Assembly: GCA_963769975.1 (NCBI GenBank)
Contig: CAVYNS010000002.1
Span: forward strand, 280,769-344,768
Source: an uncultured Chloroflexia bacterium
Lineage (GTDB): Bacteria > Chloroflexota > Dehalococcoidia > GIF9 > AB-539-J10
DNA length: 64,000 nucleotides
Direction: 5' to 3'
This document shows, piece by piece, positions 59,344 to 64,000 of the stretch. The translations under genes were made by a program, and so were the position numbers. The notes beneath the pieces were generated by a model. It saw only the letters and a list, made by a program, of their open reading frames with translations, was not told the DNA's origin and searched no databases. Each line of letters opens with the position of its first letter. The first letter of the stretch is position 1.

Positions 59344-60203
59344 AGGCAGGCTTTATTGGTGCGGGAACGACAGGCACTGCTCTGGCAGTAAGGCTTTCTC
59401 AAAAGGGATGGCCGGTGGTGGCTGTGTCCAGTCGAACTTTGTCCTCGGCACAGAGGCTAGCCGGGCGGGTGTCCAACTGCCAGGTTTATCATAAAACTCA
59501 GGAACTGGCAGACGTTGCTGAGCTGGTCTTCATCACCACTCCTGATGATGTTATAGCTCAGGTGTGCAGCGAAGTTCAGTGGCATAAAGGACAGAGCGTC
59601 GTACATTGTAGTGGTGCTCATTCCGTGGATATTCTGGAACCAGCAAAGAAACTTGGGACAGCTGTTGGCTCTTTTCATCCGTTACAGACTTTTGCCGATG
59701 TTGACCAGGCCATAGTTAACTTGCCTGGCTCTACCTTCGCTCTGGAAGCTGAAGAGCCACTATTATCAACGTTGAAGAAGTTAACACAGCTTCTGAACGG
59801 CAGCTGGGTGAAACTTAAGCCCGGGGACAAGGTGCTGTATCATGCCGCCGCCGTTTTCGCTTGTAATTATCTGGTGACCCTGGTTAAGTTGGCTCTGGAC
59901 TTGTGGCAGGACTTCGGAGTATCGTCAAAAGAGGCGACCAAGGCTTTGATGCCTTTGCTCAGAGGGACGCTAAACAATATTGACAATATCGGCTTGCCTG
60001 ACTGCCTCACCGGTCCTGTGGCCCGCGGGGATCTAGGCACCATGGAGAGGCACTTGAGCGCTCTTGAAGCACGAAGTCCTTCCTTGCTCACTACCTATAA
60101 AGAGCTAGGACTTCAGACTATTCCCATTGCTTTGGCTAAAGGCAAGGTCACTGAACAGAAGGCAGAAGAAATGAAAGCTTTACTTTCTTTGAAAAGAAAC
60201 TAA
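59337..60203 (+). CDS. Rossmann-fold NAD(P)-binding protein with a DUF2520-like C-terminal domain (putative ketopantoate reductase, PanG-like)
   Basis: N-terminus GFIGAGTTGTALAVRL (GxGxxG). Sits directly upstream of panD-panB-panC. Confidence 0.55.
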   Translation: MLKAGFIGAGTTGTALAVRLSQKGWPVVAVSSRTLSSAQRLAGRVSNCQVYHKTQELADVAELVFITTPDDVIAQVCSEVQWHKGQSVVHCSGAHSVDILEPAKKLGTAVGSFHPLQTFADVDQAIVNLPGSTFALEAEEPLLSTLKKLTQLLNGSWVKLKPGDKVLYHAAAVFACNYLVTLVKLALDLWQDFGVSSKEATKALMPLLRGTLNNIDNIGLPDCLTGPVARGDLGTMERHLSALEARSPSLLTTYKELGLQTIPIALAKGKVTEQKAEEMKALLSLKRN

Positions 60204-60235
60204 ACGAAGGAACCTTATGCTTAGGGAGGTAGAAA

Positions 60236-60646
60236 ATGAGAACTATGCTGAAAAGTAAAATCCACCGAGCCCGGGTTACTCAAGTCGATTTGGATTATGA
60301 AGGCAGTATCACTATTGACCGGTCCCTCATGGAAGCCAGCGACATCTTGCCCTTCGAAAGGGTAGAGGTACTAAACGTTAACAATGGCGCCAGGTTCAGC
60401 ACTTACGCTATCGAAGGTGAGGCGAATTCGGGGATTATTGGTGTAAATGGTGCTGCCGCCAGACTGGTGGCCAAGGGCGACATAGTTATCATCCTATCGT
60501 ATTGCCAGGTTTCTGATGATGAGGCAATCGGCATAACCCCCAGCATAGTTCGTGTGGACAGTCAAAACAGGATTGTTGAGCCTTTGCCTATGGTTCCTCA
60601 ATGGGAAAAAATTCAGGAGTCAGTAGCCACTATGGGTGACCTTTGA
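60236..60646 (+). CDS. panD: Aspartate 1-decarboxylase (pyruvoyl-dependent)
   Basis: [25 protein letters not shown], with the processing site at ...GS. Confidence 0.9.
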   Translation: MRTMLKSKIHRARVTQVDLDYEGSITIDRSLMEASDILPFERVEVLNVNNGARFSTYAIEGEANSGIIGVNGAAARLVAKGDIVIILSYCQVSDDEAIGITPSIVRVDSQNRIVEPLPMVPQWEKIQESVATMGDL

Positions 60647-60695
60647 TTGCTAACTTCTGACTACTGAATTCCGACTACTCTCTTAGGAGGCGACA

Positions 60696-61532
60696 ATGCG
60701 AGTTACTATTACTGAGATAAAAGAGATGAAGCAAAAGAAAGAAAAGATACCTATGCTTACCGCTTATGACTATGTGACGGCCAAGATAGTTGATGAGGCT
60801 GGTGTGCCTTTGATATTGGTTGGGGATAGCTTAGGGAACGTGATATTGGGCTATGAGTCAACTATCCCGGTGACTATGGAGGAGATGCTTCATCATACCA
60901 AAGCTGTAGTGAGAGGAGCTAAGAAGGCCTTAATAATAGGCGATATGCCGTTTATGACTTATCATATCAGCGTCTCCGATGCTTTACATAATGCAGCAAG
61001 GTTTATTCAGGAAGGAGGGACACAGGGGGTGAAGTTGGAGGGGGGCGAAGTCGTTGCTGAGAAAGTCAGACGCCTTGTTGACTGTGGCATCCCAGTCATG
61101 GGACATATTGGGCTTACTCCACAATCCATACATCAGTTGGGAGGGTTTAAGGTACAGGGTAAGGTGGTGGAAGTAGCCAAAAAGTTGCTTAACGATGCTC
61201 GTATTCTGGAGGAAGCTGGCGCTTTTGCTGTCGTTCTGGAATGCATACCAGCCCCTCTTTCCAAGCTAATTACTCAAAAGCTGGCTATCCCCACGATTGG
61301 CATCGGCGCCGGACCCGATTGCGATGGTCAAGTCTTGGTAATCAGCGATATGCTGGGTCTTTATACCGAGTTCGTGCCCAAGCATGTCAAGCAATATGCC
61401 AGGTTAGCCGGAGAAATTAAAACTGCTGTTTCTAATTACATATCTGAAGTTAAATCTCGTAGCTTCCCCGCTAACGAGCAGAGCTATACTATGGATGAGA
61501 GCCTCGTCAAACAGCTAAAAGCCGAAAGCTAG
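60696..61532 (+). CDS. panB: 3-methyl-2-oxobutanoate hydroxymethyltransferase
   Basis: LTAYDY..LVGDSLG and other PanB motifs. Confidence 0.9.
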   Translation: MRVTITEIKEMKQKKEKIPMLTAYDYVTAKIVDEAGVPLILVGDSLGNVILGYESTIPVTMEEMLHHTKAVVRGAKKALIIGDMPFMTYHISVSDALHNAARFIQEGGTQGVKLEGGEVVAEKVRRLVDCGIPVMGHIGLTPQSIHQLGGFKVQGKVVEVAKKLLNDARILEEAGAFAVVLECIPAPLSKLITQKLAIPTIGIGAGPDCDGQVLVISDMLGLYTEFVPKHVKQYARLAGEIKTAVSNYISEVKSRSFPANEQSYTMDESLVKQLKAES

Positions 61533-61538
61533 CGGTGT

Positions 61539-62372
61539 ATGCAGGTAGTAAAGACCATACCCGAGATAAGGGCGTTAAGGCAGAAACTCAGTGGCACGGT
61601 GGGCTTCGTTCCCACTATGGGCTATCTTCACGAAGGTCATCTGGCTTTAGTAAAGCAGGCCAGGATAGAAAACTCCACCGTTATCGTCAGCATTTATGTT
61701 AACCCCACCCAATTTGGTCCCAGGGAGGATTTTGGCGACTATCCCCGGGACCTCGATCGTGACCTGGAGCTGTTGCGGAAAGGAGGGGCGGATATCGTCC
61801 TTGTCCCCTCCGATGAAGAGATGTACCCACCTGAATCTAGTAGCTGGGTGGATGTGGAGAAGGTGACCGAGCGACTTGAGGGAGCAGCTCGTCCAGGTCA
61901 TTTCAGGGGCGTAGCCACGGTAGTGGCCAAGCTGTTCAACATTGTCCAGCCATCACGAGCTTACTTCGGGCAGAAAGATGCCCAGCAGGTGGTGGTCATT
62001 AAGAGAATGGTGGCTGACCTCAACATGGGGGTGGAGATCGTGGTTGTGCCTACGGTCAGGGAGAGCGATGGTCTGGCTATGAGCAGTCGCAATGTTTACC
62101 TCAGTTCTAAAGGGCGCCAGGCAGCCACAATATTGTTCAAGGCCCTTACGTTGGCTCGGCAATTAAAGAGGAGTGGGGAAAAAGATGCTGAAAAGATTCG
62201 CCGGCAAATGATCACACTTATCCAGAAAGAACCTCTGGCTCAAATTGACTATGTCAGCATTGCTGATGCCGAAACACTAGAAGAATTGAACTTGCTCGAC
62301 CGCCCGGCCGTGGCTTCCTTAGCCGTCAGGATAGGTAAAACGCGGTTGATAGATAACCTGCCTCTAGAATAA
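61539..62372 (+). CDS. panC: Pantoate--beta-alanine ligase
   Basis: PTMGYLHEGHLALV (HIGH-like) and the KMSKS-like region. Confidence 0.9.
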   Translation: MQVVKTIPEIRALRQKLSGTVGFVPTMGYLHEGHLALVKQARIENSTVIVSIYVNPTQFGPREDFGDYPRDLDRDLELLRKGGADIVLVPSDEEMYPPESSSWVDVEKVTERLEGAARPGHFRGVATVVAKLFNIVQPSRAYFGQKDAQQVVVIKRMVADLNMGVEIVVVPTVRESDGLAMSSRNVYLSSKGRQAATILFKALTLARQLKRSGEKDAEKIRRQMITLIQKEPLAQIDYVSIADAETLEELNLLDRPAVASLAVRIGKTRLIDNLPLE

Positions 62373-62595
62373 GTGCCTGGTGTGTCATTGTGAGGCTCTT
62401 CTTATCTGTCGTTTCAAGGTTTTTCTTCTTTTCAGCACGTTTTGAATGAATCAGGATTTGAGTAATGTAGAATTGCATGAATAGGACAAGGCTATTATTG
62501 AATCATGTTGACTTGTGATGAATAATAGAAGATGTTATAGTACGTGCCACCCAAACAAGCAATGGTTCAATTAAGATAATCAGGAGGAGCTAAAT

Positions 62596-63189
62596 ATGGC
62601 GTTAAATTCTGAATCCGGAAATACAATTTTGAGGGTGTGGCTTCTGTTGCACCGAGTCCGCGACGCGATTTCTCTGTGCGAGGATTCAATATATGGGGAA
62701 TATGGACTTACTATGGAGCAGTTCGCAGTGCTTGCATCTTTGAAATCCCGCGGTGGTTCTTTAAGGCCAACTGACCTAGCCTCGATTCTAGAACGTAGCC
62801 CGAACAGCGTCAGTATGCTGGTTGACCGCATGGTCAAAGCTGGTCTGGTCAAGAGGACAAGAGACAGGATAGACCGCAGAGTAGTAAATGTGTCTGCCGC
62901 CAACAAGGGGAAGGACGCCATTGGACCGGCAAGTCTAGCGGGCTGGGAGTTTATCCAGAAAATCCTGTCACCGCTATCAGATAAGGACAAGCATGCCCTT
63001 GCCAGTATGCTTGAGACAATAAAAGGTAAGGCAGTTGGATACCTAAATTCCGAAGAGGATGTGGTGGAAATCATTAAAAACAGTTTCACAAACCAGCCTG
63101 GTTTATATGAACGGATGGTCAAGAACGTTTTTCCCTCCACTCCTCAAGCCCAACGTCAGGGTAGTAGAAAGAAAAGGGCCAAGGGGTAA
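62596..63189 (+). CDS. MarR family transcriptional regulator
   Basis: Winged-HTH core (LTMEQFAVLASL...LRPTDLASIL..S.VS.LVDRMVKAGLVKRTRD..DRR). Confidence 0.75.
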   Translation: MALNSESGNTILRVWLLLHRVRDAISLCEDSIYGEYGLTMEQFAVLASLKSRGGSLRPTDLASILERSPNSVSMLVDRMVKAGLVKRTRDRIDRRVVNVSAANKGKDAIGPASLAGWEFIQKILSPLSDKDKHALASMLETIKGKAVGYLNSEEDVVEIIKNSFTNQPGLYERMVKNVFPSTPQAQRQGSRKKRAKG

Positions 63190-63308
63190 GGGCGGAGATT
63201 GTCATACGCCTTCCGGTGTTCACAGTGGCATATTGACCGATTTTGTTCTCGAAAACTAAAAATATTAAATTTAACCACAAATAGGTAGCCCCAGCTTTTG
63301 GGGTTCAT

Positions 63309-63343
63309 TTGACAACCAAAAAGCCCTGCTGTATAATGAGCAT
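63309..63343 (+). promoter_or_regulatory. Consensus sigma70 promoter (TTGACA-N17-TATAAT) for the 23S rRNA gene
   Basis: TTGACA at 63309-63314, a 17-nt spacer and TATAAT at 63332-63337. Confidence 0.65.
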
Positions 63344-63399
63344 ACTCCTACGCGGAGATTATTTTCGCACGTTAACAATTGAATAGGTTTTGTGTTCTG

Positions 63400-64000
<601 letters not shown>

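Overview
This 64-kb window looks like a chromosomal origin-proximal region from a bacterium, possibly a Chloroflexota/Dehalococcoidia-like lineage. That guess is inference only. It rests on about 49-50% GC, the gene order dnaA-obg-nadD-gyrB-hisS-relA-rpsT-lexA, an archaeal-type apgM, a 23S rRNA gene with no 16S upstream and a pan-motif-like leader.

Most of the window is housekeeping. It includes dprA, topA, aroQ, mscL, tRNA-Arg and tRNA-His, ftsK, RNase J, UDG, tldD/pmbA, pyrF, msrAB, dinB, ilvE, lexA, relA, hisS, gyrB, nadD, obg, dnaA, fmt, fhs and two tandem folD paralogs, cooC, the L21/L27/L31 ribosomal proteins and a pantothenate operon. The last ~600 bp are the 5' part of a 23S rRNA gene behind a consensus sigma70 promoter.

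The unusual part is 21.0-32.2 kb. Three direct copies of the 3' end of a small DUF951 gene (about 150-250 bp each, ~21.0, ~24.2 and ~26.2 kb) and two copies of the dinB 5' end with its promoter (~29.84 and ~32.11 kb) separate four cassettes:
- an AT-rich orphan gene with MarC and an MFS transporter
- msrB-msrA with a PH-SHOCT protein
- a single 1082-aa SIR2-NACHT(STAND)-HEAT-repeat protein
- a DedA protein with a second MFS transporter

The SIR2-NACHT-HEAT gene has intact SIR2 catalytic N/D/H residues, Walker A and B motifs and C-terminal HEAT repeats. It is the best candidate for a single-gene bacterial NLR-like (bNACHT/Avs-like) antiphage system sitting in an integration hotspot that lacks an integrase. 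Other points of interest are an AT-rich intergenic repeat family, a cloverleaf-like structured element, a candidate pan-motif-like riboswitch, a NuoG-like 2Fe-2S gene without a canonical start codon, an apparent ATT start for rplU and a candidate oriC next to dnaA.
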